Positions 50,069 to 64,000 of a stretch of DNA of 64,000 nt are shown piece by piece (positions within the stretch are counted from its first letter, which is position 1; every line of letters starts with the position of its first letter). The translations under genes were made by a program, and so were the position numbers. The DNA comes from Peribolospora baueri (Eukaryota), in assembly GCA_029717555.1 (NCBI GenBank), contig JAMDHS010000001.1:310001-374000 (forward strand), given 5' to 3'. The notes under the pieces were generated by a model, which searched no databases, had not been told where the DNA came from, and saw nothing but the letters and a program-made list of their open reading frames with translations.

Positions 50069-51205
50069 ATGACCAGCACCGCCTCCTCGGGACAGACGGA
50101 TCCCCGTGGCAAGCCGTCGAGGGTGACGATTTTTACGAGAAAGATGCGCTACGGCGCTCAGCAGGTGCCCATCGTCGTCGACACGGAGGACGACGTGCCA
50201 GACAGGCCGGTCAAGTCGTACGGGCCTGACATGACGAGGTACTTCAAGTCCCACGTGCGTGTCTCCCTCCTCTCCGTCTGTCGTTTGCGTCTCTGCATTT
50301 GCCGTGCGACGGCAGAGCAAGCGCGAGGTGGCGATGGCGTGGTAGTAGTCGCTGACGGACTACTGGCACTGGTGGTCGACGACGATCTTCGTCTCCGCAG
50401 GGCAACAACGGCGTGGGGATGACGGAAGGCCTCTCCTCCAAGGCGGCCAACAACCAGGCCAACGTGAACGAGCGCAGCAGGCTCCGCCGGGAAGGTGCGT
50501 CCGCGGGGGGTGGTGGTCGTCGTCGTTGTCGTCGTTGTCGTCGTTTTTGTCCTCTTGGGCTCGCCAAGGTGATGTGTGACGGCGAGGAGGATGGTGACGT
50601 CGCGGCTCACACATGCCACGATTTTTCCTTTTCTTTTCCCCGGCGACGACGGACACATCAGGCCTCTTCGAGCCCCACAGCCTGCATACCCAGCTGGAGC
50701 GGATCGTGACAGGCGAGCGGGAGCCGAAAGAGTCCAAGCTGCACTACGCCGCCCACGGCCCCTCGGTGGGGTCGATGCTCATGGACAGCAACGGCGTCGA
50801 CATCCCCATCGGGCGACCTCGCCGCAGCTCGACGGGCTCGACAGGCTCGGACTCGGAAACGGACGCGTCCGCCGTTCAGTCGTCGCTCTTCGGCGGCGCC
50901 ACCGGCGGCCTGCGCAGCGGCCATTCCGAGGTGTCTTCGGGCCGGCTGGGGGCGTACTTGAAGGAGCGCTTGGGCCTCGAGAAGGAGGGCGGATATGCGG
51001 ACCACCTCAGCAGGGAGTTTGCGCCGAGTCAGACGCGGAGCGGGACGAATACGTGAGTGGCCGAGAACGGTGGTCGAAGAACCTCCCTTCGCTCAACGCA
51101 ACGCCACGCCACGTCTTCTTTTCTTTTTCTTTTTCTTTCCCTTCCCCCCGTGTAACCGTCGTCAGGCCCGGCGCGGACCCGTTCGGCAACCCGAGGCATT
51201 ACTGA
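50069..51205 (+). CDS. Hypothetical protein (4 exons)
   Basis: Four segments splice in frame via GTGCGT/GTGAGT..CAG introns: MTSTASSG...YFKSH / GNNGVG...RRE / GLFEPH...GTN / TPGADPFGNPRHY*. Confidence 0.65.
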
Positions 51206-51851
51206 GCGCGACGGCGACAGCCGTCCGTCCGTCCGTCCTCAGAAAGTCCAGCCAAGCCATGCAAGCAAGCAAGCAAGGCAAGCCGGCGGGCGAGTTGTGC
51301 CACCTCGTTTTCCAGCCAGGTCTTCGTCAACACGTGTGCACCAACCCAACCTTTCTGGTCTCCCTCCTCCTCCCCTCGTCTCCCCTCGTCTCCCCTCGTC
51401 TCCCCTCGTCTCGTCTTGTTCTTTCTTCTTTACTTCCTCCTTCCCGCCTCGCGTCCGGAACTCGCTCTTTCCCCGCGCGCTTGTTGATAAACCAAACCAA
51501 CGACGGCTCCATCTCATCTCATCTTGATGGGGACGTCGCCATAGTGTGTGGATGTGTGTGTATCTAGTATTCCGACGCGACCCGACCCGACCGACTACTG
51601 ACGGCTCTGGTCGATTCGACTCGACTGGACTCGAAATCGTCTGTATCATATCATGTCCATCCCCATCCATCTTTCCCTGGCCGCCGACGGCCTTCTCGAA
51701 ATCTCCTGCGACGTCGAATCTCATTCGGGCTTTCGTAAACGATAGACAGGCAGACGAAGCAATACGTGCCCCCCCTACCCCTTGGCGCTCTCGGTTTCTG
51801 CTGGCGTCGGATCGGAGCGGACCAGACGAGGGGTGAGGAGAAGAGAAGAGA

Positions 51852-52496
51852 TCACCAGCCGTAGCAGCAGCCGACGTTGTTGGGGAACTGTTCCGAAAGA
51901 AGCAGAAAAAGAATAAAAAGTCCTCAGGAATCGTCTCGCCTCGCCATGACGGTACCTCGTCTCGTCTCGTCTCGTCTCGTCTCGTCGGCAAACCCACCTG
52001 AGGACAGGTGGCGGATCCATCGGCGTTGTAGTACTGGATTGTGCCGTCCATCTTATTGGGGTCGGTGCTGTCCGGCCGCCGAGGGGACGGTGAGTGGGTG
52101 AGCGAGAAGAGGAGGGAGGAGGAGGGGCGACTCACCATTGCGTCTGGTCCGCACAGACGGCCTTGCTGCCGAGGTCGTTCCGGTCGGCGTAGCAGTGGAC
52201 GGACAAGCAGCACTGGATGTCGTTTCCGCTGGAAGGGAGGGGAGTCGGACTAAATGAGAGGACGGGACGGGACGGGACCGAGGGGAAATTCCATCTTCTC
52301 TGACAGCAACCCACCCGGGGCAGACGGGAGGCGTGGGCGTCCAGACACCGTCGCAGTCCGTGCCGACTTGGGAGCATTGGCCGTCGCCGTAGCCGCCGCC
52401 GCCGCCGACGGGGCATTGAGCGCGGGAGGGTTGGGCGACCAAGACCAAGACGGCCGTGGCTGCGAAGATGGGAGAGAGAGACGAAGCGATGCGCAT
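51852..52496 (-). CDS. Small secreted cysteine-rich protein with two 6-Cys modules (4 exons)
   Basis: Signal peptide, then QCPV..GQC..DC..VCPGGNDIQCC and HCY..AVC..QC..TCPQFPNNVGCCYGW*; intron phases are consistent. Confidence 0.8.
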
Positions 52497-53892
52497 GGGG
52501 ATGTTTGTTCGACTGGGCGAGGTGGAGGTATGCGTCTTGGCGGGAAGAAGCAAGGACGGAGAAGGAGCGACGTGGATGAGGTCGTCTCCGAGTCACTTAT
52601 ACGATGGCCCAGCGAGGGGCGGTGTTGCTTCATGGCAAGTAAGCCCTCCCTCAGTCCGTCCCTCCGTCCGTCCGTCCGTCCGACCGCCGCTCGTTCGTCG
52701 CTCCGTTCGTGTTCGTTGGGTGCAGCGCCCCGCTCGGGAGGCGGTTCGTGTGGCACGCGGGGTGCGCCTGGTATGCTCGGTGCTAGTAGTTAGTGACCAT
52801 GGAACGGACGGGCGGGGAGGGTTAGCTTGCGCTCCGCTCCGTCGCAGCGCCAAGCCCGAGCGACGAGCGCGTTGGACGTCCCCGTCGCGCACACCGTCCG
52901 TCGATCAGCGGCCCACTTGTTCCGCGGCAAGTGGCGGCGGCGGGGAACGAACGAACGATATCTGAATCCAAGGGCGTCTTTGGCCAAAGGAGATGTGCAA
53001 GCCACAAAAGCCCCAACCCCGAGTCGGGGCGGGCCTTGTCGTCATCTATTGTCCTTTGCGTGTCTTGGTCGTGCTAGCTGCCGTTGTCGTTCGAGTAGGT
53101 CTGATTCAAGTCGATTAACTCGACGCGGCTAGATTCAATTCGACTCGACGCGATTCGACTCGACTTCTCCGCGTCTTTCGCCGCACCCCAGATGCTCGCC
53201 GGATCCGGCGGCTCAACTCGGGGTGCGTCGGGCTCGCTGGCTGGGATCGCAAAGCGTCTGCCCACGTCGCCCGCCTCGTCTCCGTCTCCGAGAGCGCTCG
53301 GACGACGGAGCTGCGGTAACGCACTGGCCATGTTCGGTACCGACGCCTCCATGTTCCTGCCCGGGACGATCCCGCGCTGGGAGCATGAATCGAGGGCGCG
53401 CTTCCGACGCAGACCGTCTGCTGCACACGACCGACGCATCCACGTGTCGCATGAGCCTCGCCACACGAAGCATGAACGGAGGCGCGAGTGCGGGTGGGCG
53501 CGCGAGCGAGTCAGCTTGGCGAGCGACGAGCGAGGGCGACTGGGCGACCAGCGACGGGGCGGTCGGACGACGGGGCGACCGGAAGACTGGGTGGGTGACA
53601 GACTAGCCGACGATCTTCGTTCCTAATCGACAGATAGCGCAGACGGCGCCGACCATCACAATCGACCCGACCCGACCCGACCGACGGGGCCGCTGCTCGT
53701 CTCGTCGCTCGTCAAGAAGATTGTCGGGATCGAGTAGAAAAAGAAAAAATAAGAACCACCGGGTCAAGACGAGGCGCCCGGTTTTAAAAGCGCCCCTCGC
53801 TCGTCCCTCCCCCGTCCTCTTCACCTTTCCCTTTTCCTTCTTGACAGCCTGCCTACGTTTGCTTGCCTCGCCTTCGCCTCCCCCTCGCCGCC

Positions 53893-55982
53893 ATGGCCGT
53901 CGTCACCGGCCTCACCGTCGGCCAGGTGGCCACCGTCATCAACGCCTGCATCACCTTCGTTCACACCTCCCTCGGCCTCGCCGCCGTCGTCCTCCTCGTC
54001 CTCCTCATGAACAACACCGACTCGGCCATCGCATAAGGCCTCCCAGATGTGGCACTCGTCTTGCTGGCCCACCATCCTCCGCACCGACACTGCCGGCTTC
54101 GACCCCGCCCCTTGCCCTGGCACCAACGGCAACCCCAACACCTCCATCGTCCCCGCCTCGCTCGTCCACCAGTTCTCCACCACCCCCTACGGCCCCTTCA
54201 CCATGCAGTTTCGCCAGTTCTTCACCACCTCCAACGCCCGCTACGACAACAACAGACCCTACGTCAACGGCAAGATGTCCATCTCCGACTCGCTCGTCCT
54301 CCGCGACGGCGTCTTCGCCGCCGAAGGCGTCATCGTCGACCTCTCCGACAACGTCGGCGTAGGCCTCTGGAACCACTCGCTCCCCTCGCTCGACAGAGGC
54401 GGCTCCCGGGTCCCACGACCTCCTCTTTCTCGAACCTCAAACCTCGTGTGTCAACACCAACCTCACCCTCGACTGGACCCTCGGCGAGTCCGGCACCATC
54501 GACTCCGGCTTTGGAAACAGCTCGGCCCTTCTCCTCACCGACCACGGCGGCTTCGTCAACCTGTCCCATACCTACCCGTCATCAACAGGGACGGCCAGCA
54601 TCTCGACCTCTACTCGCACGCCTACGCCAAGCTGCGTGGACCAACATGAACGCCCTCCTCACCCTCAACATCACACGCAACCAGTCCCGCATCGGCCGCA
54701 GCTTCCCCGTCGGCAGTCTCACCGCCGTGCCCAACCCCGGAATCATGCAATACTACACCCTCGGCGAATTCTTGGCCGGCAACATTTCGGTCAACAGCGC
54801 CATCAGCGCGACCAGCCTGGACACCTTGTGTCGAGTCTTCGGCAACGGCGACATGGTCAACCTCACCAACGTCGCCGTCTACTGCTCCCTCTTCATGGGC
54901 CCCGCTCAGCCGGCCCAAGGCGGCGATCCGAGAGTCGTCCAAGCGTACACCCCTTGGACTCAGAGCTTGTATGCCTGCGTGAGCGCCGTTCAGGCTCGCT
55001 TGCAAACGGTCACCTTTGACTTTAACGGCACGGCCGACGTCGGCAGCCTCACGTTGGCCCGTCGAGACGTCGCCAACGCTCAGTCGACGCTTTGGGCGAT
55101 GGAGAACGTCAACACGACGATCGGATCGCTGAACCCCTATTGGGGCGTCGTCACCGACGATCAGCAAAACGACCCCTCCCTCTCGACATGGCGCGCCGAC
55201 GTCTTCACCCTCCCCTCTGGCCAAATCGACGCGACCTCGCTCCCCGCCATCGGTGACGGCTCGGCGAACACCATGTTCAATCTGGCCTGGGCCACCCTCG
55301 TACAGGGCAGCACCGTCGGCCAGACGATCGACTATAGAGGCCAGAACAATTTTGCGCTGCTCCATCGTTGGCAGTCGTACATGAGCCACGATCCCGTGCA
55401 CGGCCCGGAGACGATCAGCAACCGGATCTGGGCCGACATAGTGGCCAACAACCTGGTCGGTACGAGCTCTGCCTCGACGGCCCTCGTGTCGCGCAATCGC
55501 CCCTCGGTCAAGTTTAACTACCTCTACGGCATCCCCCGCCTTTTTGCTCCTTTGTGTCTGGCTCCCCATCTTCCTCTTTGCTCTATTTGCTCTCGCCATG
55601 CGCTCCGCCCCACCATCTCCGCAGTCTCATCAACGACACGTCGGTCGGACGCATCGTCGTCGGCGATTCCTCGCTGCGCGTTCTCGTCTGTAGCGCCGCC
55701 TTTGGCTCGCCGGAAACAAGCAGCCTGGTCCCGCTTCCTGCGCTGACCGTTAGTTCCGCCGGTCTCGACACGAAGCGCTGGGCCAGCAGATCGGGGCGAA
55801 AGCCCATCGGCTTTTCCCTCCCCTTCGTTTCCTCCACACGCTCCCGCTCAGACGGCCGACCTCGCACCAGGCTCTCCCACGTCCTCTCTGACCTCGTCCG
55901 TCAACCTCCAGCGCCCACTGTGCCATACCAGACGCCCGACGTTCCGCTCTCTTCGTCCCATCTTCTCCATACTGGTCATTAA
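53893..55982 (+). pseudogene. Disrupted gene for an uncharacterised fungal membrane protein
   Basis: Coding-like C-rich sequence whose protein-like frame (LTVGQVATVIN.., HSSCWPTILR, FLEPQTSCVNTNLTLD, LTDHGGF, IWADIVANNLVG) is broken by TAA at ~54034 and several frameshifts, with no splice signals at those points. Confidence 0.65.
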
Positions 55983-56153
55983 GGCCGTGCGCTCCACATA
56001 CCCATGTCGACCACCTCCGTCCTTCGTTACCCTTCTGCTTCTTCCGGTCTTGAAGAGAATCAGCAAGCCTTTCACTGCGATTCTTAGCGTACGTTGTATA
56101 TATTGTAATGACTCTGCGCCGAACTTTGCTTTGCCTCCACACCTCTTTTCGTC

Positions 56154-56183
56154 TCTCCCTTTCTCTCTCTCTCTCTCTCTCTC

Positions 56184-56250
<67 letters not shown>
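56154..56250 (+). repeat. (CT)n microsatellite
   Basis: Direct inspection. Confidence 0.95.
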
Positions 56251-56253
<3 letters not shown>

Positions 56254-56703
56254 TATCTCGACGACGACAGGCGATGCGACGTGTCTCCCATCGAATCGCA
56301 CCTGTGACCCATCGGTCGACTTGAGGGAGAGATGCGGGCCGACTCGACTCGCCTTTCCTTTGCTTTTGTCTCAGGTCAACGTTCTCTCCTATCTAAAACT
56401 CGAGTTTTCGAGACCGTCTTCCCATGCACTAATTCGTTCCAACAAGCTGTACGATCGATCGATCATCGACAAGGCCCCGGGCGTACGTCCGCGAATCGCA
56501 CCGGCACCCGGGGCGGTATTGCATTACGCCAAGGAGAAAGCTAAGCTACCTGAAGGCCTAGAAGAAGAAGAAGAAGAAGACGTCAAAAGAGGGTCCTTTG
56601 AATCGGTTTGGTTCGGTTCGGTTCAGGCGATGTGAGCTAGCGCAGCGAGCGGAATGGAGATGGGGATAGGGATGGGGATGGGTTCGCGCACGAAACCATT
56701 CCT

Positions 56704-58210
56704 CTAAGGCGCCGCGAGGTTTGACGGCGGGGGAAGGATGTTCTCGCCTTCTGGAGTCTGGAGGGGTTGTGGGTGGTGGGTGGTGGGTGGTGGGTGGTGG
56801 TGGGTCGATGGCCGATGAAGGAAGGGAGGGAGCGATCGGGAAGTCAGCAGGAGGGTTAATGCTCCCCACGCCCACCGTACCATGGATGGGGCAAGGAAGT
56901 GAAGAGAAAAGGGCAAGGACGCACAACATAGCATCCGGAAATACCGCCGTCCACTCTAAAATCCGTTCCCGTGATGTAGCTGCTCTCGTCGCTGGCTAGG
57001 AACAACGTCGCTTTGGCTTGTTCGATCGCTTCGCCGAATCGACCCATCGGGACGTGCACGAGACGGCGCTCTTTCTTTTCGGCTGTGTCTAGAAAGTCCA
57101 TCAGGAGGGCTGACAACGAGCATGAACGGGAGACGACGTCAGTCCCATACAGGGCTGACATACACACGCCTTCGGCGGTGGACGATAATTCTCACGGGTG
57201 CGCAGTGGTCCTGGGCAGAGCGAGTTGAGCCGGATCCCCTCGCGAGCGTGGACCATGGCCAGCTCGCGCGTCATGGCGAGCACTGCGCCCTGAAAACGTT
57301 CGCGTGCGACAGCGAAGAGTGAGTGACACCGTCTGCCATCATTGGCCCTTTACGAAACGAGCCTATATCGCTCGCTCACCTTGGAAGCGGTGTCTGCCAC
57401 GGCGGAGAGAGACAACGCGTCCAGTGTCAGCCGCACCCGCCAAATAAACCGTCCAGAACGGATGCGATCGCAATGCTCACAAGCGAGCTGAGGTGTCGCC
57501 GCTCCGAGCAGCGCGACGAACGAGGCCGTGTTGATGATGCTCCCGCCCGCTTTCAGCCTCCGTGACGGGTCAGCCTCGTTCTCGCGCATCGCGGCGATGC
57601 CGTACTTGCATCCCCACCATACGCCTTTCAGATTGATGTCCATCGTCAAATCCCTGGAGGGAATGCCAAACCCGGAGACGTAGTGGTTAACGGAGATAAA
57701 ATGGTCAACCCATTGAGATGACGCATCGAGCTGCTACTCGACGTGAGCGGGCCATCTCACCAAACCCCGTCTTCCGTGTTCAACGCGTTGTCGTCGGCGG
57801 GATGCATGATGCTGAGCCCAATACGAGGACCACATGTCAGCCACCTTCTCCGCATCGCTCGCACGCCAAAGTGCCAGCACTGACGACGCCGCGCCACGTA
57901 CGCACCCGGCGTTGTTAAACAAAACATCCAGCCGCCCAAACTCATCGACCGCGCGATCGATCATACCCTTCACCTCCTCCTCCTTAGCCACATCCACCAA
58001 GTGCGCGATGACTTTGCCCTCCGCCCTTTCCACGTTCGCCTCCTTGAGCTTGGCCTTGATAGTCTCCACGGCCCGCGTAGCAGCTTCCAGGTTCACGTCT
58101 GCACAGACGACGTTCGCGCCCTCGAGCGCAAACAGCATGGACGTCTCGAGACCGATGCCCGATGCCGCGCCCGTCACCACAGCCGTTTTGTGCGCCAGTC
58201 GACCCGGCAT
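56704..58210 (-). CDS. Short-chain dehydrogenase/reductase, multi-exon
   Basis: [28 protein letters not shown] and [14 protein letters not shown]. Confidence 0.92.
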
Positions 58211-58379
58211 GGTAAGCACTGCAGACGACGAAGGGAGAAGGATGAGAAGTGAGCACATGCGGGTCACTTCCAAGTAAAATATGAATGCAGTGGCTGATAA
58301 TGCAAGTAGAAAGCAACGCCTGTCCCCTTTGCCAAGACTTTCGAGTTGGGGCACGCTGCATCTCCCGAATCGCGGACGC

Positions 58380-58974
58380 TCACTCACTCATCAAGTCCAG
58401 CTTGCCTTCCAACTCCAAAAGGCCCACTTCCGCGCGGATTTTGTTCACCTGTCGAGGAGTACGTCGACCGCGCGGTAGAGGGTGGATGGGTGAAAGGAGA
58501 GCATCGAATGACGGCACGTGAGCTTCCGCAACAACTCCAAGCTCATTCGCAGTCCCTGCCGGCCCTCGCTTCGCACGATCGCTCAACGACAACGATCCGA
58601 CGAGTTCTGTCTCCCATGCGCGCACGCACCTTGGCCTGCTCCAGCTGCGTCTCCAGTTCGAGCCTCTTCATCCTCGCCTCATGCTCCTCCTGCCGGATCC
58701 TGAGCTCCATTTCGAGTCTATCGTTGTTGATCTTCTGCATGCGCAGGCTCTCCTCCCTCCATGAGCTCTCCATATGAGACGAAGACGGAGGGGGAACGGT
58801 GCCGGCCATCCCCGGGCCATCGTCGGACGAGTAGGGAGGAGGTTGGGACGCCGTCGAGGTGGACGACGTCGTGTCCGTCGAAGGGCGCGCTTGGTGCGAC
58901 GTCGCGGGCGCCGCGCCAGTAGCCTGCTGGTCCTCCGACACCTCGCCGTCAGTCCTCGAGTCCGCGTTGTCCAT
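58380..58974 (-). CDS. Hypothetical small coiled-coil protein (2 exons)
   Basis: MDNADS...PPPYS...RLEMELRIRQEEHEARMKRLELETQLEQAK |GTGCGT..CAG| VNKIRAEVGLLELEGKLDLMSE*. Confidence 0.55.
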
Positions 58975-59187
58975 GTGGGTAGGTTAAAAAGAGGGTATAT
59001 AGGTCTGCCAAGTTGTACGTGGGGAGAATACACGTCGTGGTCGGTTGTCGATCGTAGACGGCTTCGCTGAGAAGCTTTCGCCCGTGCCCTTCCGCAGCAC
59101 CGCTCGGACCACCACGCGAACCGAACCGTTGGCGCTCAACTCTTCTCGCAGCGGTTAGGCAGGTGTACACGATTAGATGAAGATGCA

Positions 59188-62118
59188 CTAGAATACAGGC
59201 CACTCCACACGCCCCTCAGCATGCCCACACCCGACCTCATGACCTTCCTCCCACCTGTCTCCGACGTTGCCTCCCCACGCCTCCTCCTCGCCCAGCGGCT
59301 CCTTCCTCTCCGCGTTTTGCTTCCTTCGTCGGCGGTCCAACCGTGACGCGAACTCTCCATCCGGATCAGCTCCCCCGGCTTCCGAGCCACCAGCGACCTC
59401 ATCGCCACGAGCCTCCTCCCCTTCCTTCCCCTTCCCATTCTCCTCTTTGGCCCTCATAGCGCTCGCGAAATCCTCCCCAGCGGCGGCAGCGAGCTCTACG
59501 CCATCCAAGAAAACCTTGTCCCTATCCACGCCCTCGTTCCCGCAGTCCGGCACGGCACACATGACACACCGGCTCTCAAGCGCCTCATGAGCCAGCTCGT
59601 CGTTCCAAGCGCTCGGCGGGTGCAGGACGGGAATGACGTAGCCGAAGGGCGGATGCGTCGGATCAGGTAGGCAGTCCAGTGGTAGGTTCGGGAAATTGGA
59701 TGCCAGAGAACCGTGGTATGGTTGATAGGCCGATAGGGCGTCGAAGGGCAACGGGTTCGTCGCGAGGTACGCTTCTTGTTCCTGTGGAGTGGGGAAGCGA
59801 TACACCCGCACCTCTCGGGGCTTCGATTCTTTCGACGCGGACGCCTTACCCTTGCCCTTCGCGCTCCTGATGGCGTGCCCGTGACCGGAAGCCGCTGCGC
59901 TCTGCCATCGGCTCATCGACTTCTCCATACGTTCCCACGTGTCGACTTTTATCATTCCCACCTCCAGCACCCTCTTTATGCCCTCCTGCCAACCGGCCTC
60001 GAACCCCTGCTGCAGCTCCTCAGCAAGAGGTCGGATTGGGCCGAGACTCGACATGCTGCTTACCAAGTCGGTGCCATCTGCCTCGTCCCAGTCCATCTCC
60101 TGACCGGCGCCTGCGCTCGGAGTTCGATTGATGTCCTCCTGCCGTATGGCGCTCATGCCTAACGATGGTGAGCCGGGTCGAGTGCCGACGGGTGTCGTCG
60201 AAGTGAACGGCGTCACGGACGGTGTGTTGGGTAGAGTGGAGAACGGAGTGGTGACCGCGGTGCTGGGGGCTGAACTCCAAGGCGACAAGTACGCCGACGC
60301 CGACGGACTCTGGACGACGTCGATGTGGCCGACGCAGACGGACCGAAGGGTCGATGCAGAGGGTAGCACCAGGATCTGCGGAGGCAATGGATCGCCCGGA
60401 CCCGAGCCGGCCCTTCCGGTCGCCGCACTCGTCGCAGGTGTTCCGTGGAGGGACGAGCGAGATGCGCGACCTGCACGCTGGCGTGAGGATCCCCCCAGCA
60501 AGAAATGAGCTGATGACGCGTAGCCGGAACGACCGCGCCGTTTCCGGATCGGTTCCCCTGCAGGGTCACCCGGCGGACCCGGACTGCTGCCCGCCTCCTG
60601 TCCATCATGAGGCGTCCGTCGTGAACCGGCCTCATCACCGCTCCCTTCATCGGACCCCGAATCCTCTTCGCCGGCGTCAGCCTCTGCGACGTTCGGACTG
60701 GGTCGCGGGCTCGGCGGATGCGGTGGCGTAGCAACTTGCGATGAAAGAGCCGTTGCGGCAGCATTGGCTTTGGCCACTCCAATGCTGGCAATCATCTTGC
60801 CGAGCGTAGAGGCGTTCTCGACCTGCCGGTCTCGGCTACCCGTCTTGCCTAACACTCCGGTATGGTCCATTACCAGATGACGAAGCAACGAGTGCCTGCG
60901 CAGCAAGGCAGACAGATGCGAAGAGTTGACGACAGTCACCTTGTCCAGACGAACGAGGCTCGTCGAAATGTCCAGGAAACGCAAGCGCGGCAGAGCTCCC
61001 GGAGCTGAGAGACCGGTGAGGACGTCCCTGCTTGGCACTCGCAGCCTCATATGCGTGACATACCTGGCCACGGGAGCAGAGATGAGTCGCGGGATGCATT
61101 CGAACAGCTTGAAGAAGACGATTGGCTGAGCGAATGTCTTGGGGAGCGTCGAAGTGTAAGGGTTGAACTTGGCAAATGGGAGCGCTTTTGCTTCTGGGTG
61201 CGGCTGATGAATGTCTGAGGGCGGGTACGTTAACTGAGAAGGGGGTATGTCTTGAACGATGGACAGGTGGGTAAGGTTGGGTGAAACAGGCCAGCAAGAC
61301 AGTCGATCCAGCGCTGTGTCAAAGTAAGAGCCTGTGTGGAACGCCGTAGAAACTGGATCAGTTTGTGACAAATCTTTGGGGAAATGTGAGCAACCCACCT
61401 TTCAAGAAGACGTAATAGCTTCGGCGGTTCAAGTAAGGGTTGAAGTGGAGCACAAGTTTTCTCAGCTCTGGACGAGGCGTTGCAAACAAATCCTCCAGAT
61501 GCTCGGGAGCGAACAGAGGCCCAACATGAAGCCGAAGAGTGTTGAGTCGTGGGAAGGCCTCGAGCAAGCTGTGAACAAAGGATTCAAAGAGGGGTTAGGG
61601 AACAGCCCTGCGAATGAGAAGTTCCGGAGCCAGACTCACTTGACCATCAAGTTCGGATCGAGCTTCCGCGAGGTTATTTCAAAGCCCCTCACAAATTGCC
61701 TCTCCTGACGTCTTCGGAAGGTGTCCTCATCGTCGGACTGGTCGTCGATGGCGCGGTGCAGCCGAGCCGCGCCGGGAGCGAAGAGCACGCGTTCCCAAAG
61801 TTGCCTGAGCTCGGTTTCGCTGGTGACGGACAGGTACTCCCACAAATGCCTTCGATCGATGGAGTATCGGGACCGGGGCCCCAATGTCCGCATTAAGGCG
61901 AGAGCACCTTTGCGACGCAAGGGCGCAGGCATATTAAAGAGCACTAGATCCAGTAGCTCTGGTGGCAGTTTGGCGATGGGCGGCAAAGAAGGCTGGCCAT
62001 TCGGATCAGAGACGGTCACGGAAGGGTGGACAGCGGCTGAAAGAGACAGACACGCAAAATCGGCTGTCAGGGGCGTGTCAGGCTGGAGAGGAGGAGAAAG
62101 TGCGGCTGGGATGGCCAT
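59188..62118 (-). CDS. F-box-like/LRR-like protein (3 exons)
   Basis: IAKLPPELLDLV (F-box-like), LRR-like segments (LNTLRL, LTHLSI, LRFLDIS, LRHLVMD), long open third exon, C-terminal C..PDC...GCGH. Confidence 0.65.
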
Positions 62119-62726
62119 GGTGACGAGGGTGGTTCGCGGTGGTAGAGGATGGTGCGAGGAAAGGGGTCAATGCTATAAGGAGCGTAGAAGGTCACGTCAG
62201 GTCAATGTGACAATGGAGACAAAGGAAGGAGATGGAGGAAAAAGAGAAGGGCGAAGGGAGAAGGACGAAGGAAGGAGATGTCGGTTGTTCCAACTCGAAT
62301 ATAGGTTGCGGCCAAGGAATGTGAGGCTGGTCGCGTGAGTGCGCATGCGGGCTGCAAATGCGCTGGCGGCGCAGGCGTACGAACCACGAAAGCGCCTAGG
62401 AGACGTCCAAATGGAGGTAAAAAGCTATCAGCGAGATGGAATGCCCCTTGAAGAAACAAATGGTAGGGGCACCCAGGCCCTCTCGAGCTGCTCACGGCGA
62501 TGCGCACGACAATATGAGTTGGCGGACCTGATCTGATCGGAAGATGAAACACGAACCTGGCTCTTGTCGCTACGCCGGCCGCCTATGTCCGACATGTCCG
62601 AACGCCTCCGGTTTGGACGCGAGGCGCGTCTCGCGCCGCGTAAACTCGCGTTCCGTCTCGGCGCTCGACATCCGTTCCCCTTCTGCCTCGACGACGACCT
62701 CCAGAGGGCAACAGCTCTTCGCAGCC

Positions 62727-64000
<1,274 letters not shown>

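Noticed and set aside
34655..52496. Secondary-metabolite or cell-wall gene cluster
   Set aside because: There is no backbone synthase or cluster regulator, and the secreted-protein genes are interspersed with unrelated housekeeping genes.
55750..56312. RE-repeat protein ORFs
   Set aside because: Translation artefacts of the (CT)n microsatellite.

Overview
Eukaryotic (fungal) nuclear DNA, most likely a GC-rich basidiomycete yeast. This rests on GT..AG spliceosomal introns, basidiomycete-type 5S/18S/28S fragments and an MP88-like mannoprotein. About 20 intron-containing genes were reassembled by hand: URH1-type nucleoside hydrolase, Ser/Thr kinase, BMT5, Fun30/SMARCAD1, cysteine synthase-like, GlnRS, VPS26, a TRIR/C19orf43 homologue, WDR6/TRM734, a 4-TM protein, MP88-like GPI mannoprotein, SET methyltransferase, PTC5-like PP2C, GH79, a small Cys-rich secreted protein, an SDR, an F-box-like protein, the 5' part of SMC3 and several orphans. 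Non-genic highlights: (1) an intron-containing tRNA-Arg(UCG) with a non-canonical elbow (A18/G55, U21); (2) a ~17 kb segment bracketed by inverted copies of the GH79 3' end, with rDNA relics outward of each copy (28S end-IGS1-5S start on the left, a decayed 18S carrying a 185-bp solo LTR on the right); (3) a scrambled mitochondrial insert (cox1 plus LAGLIDADG fragments) upstream of a GlnRS that lacks the usual eukaryotic N-terminal domain; (4) a multiply frameshifted membrane-protein pseudogene. All family calls come from recognised motifs, not database searches. Gene spans include introns.
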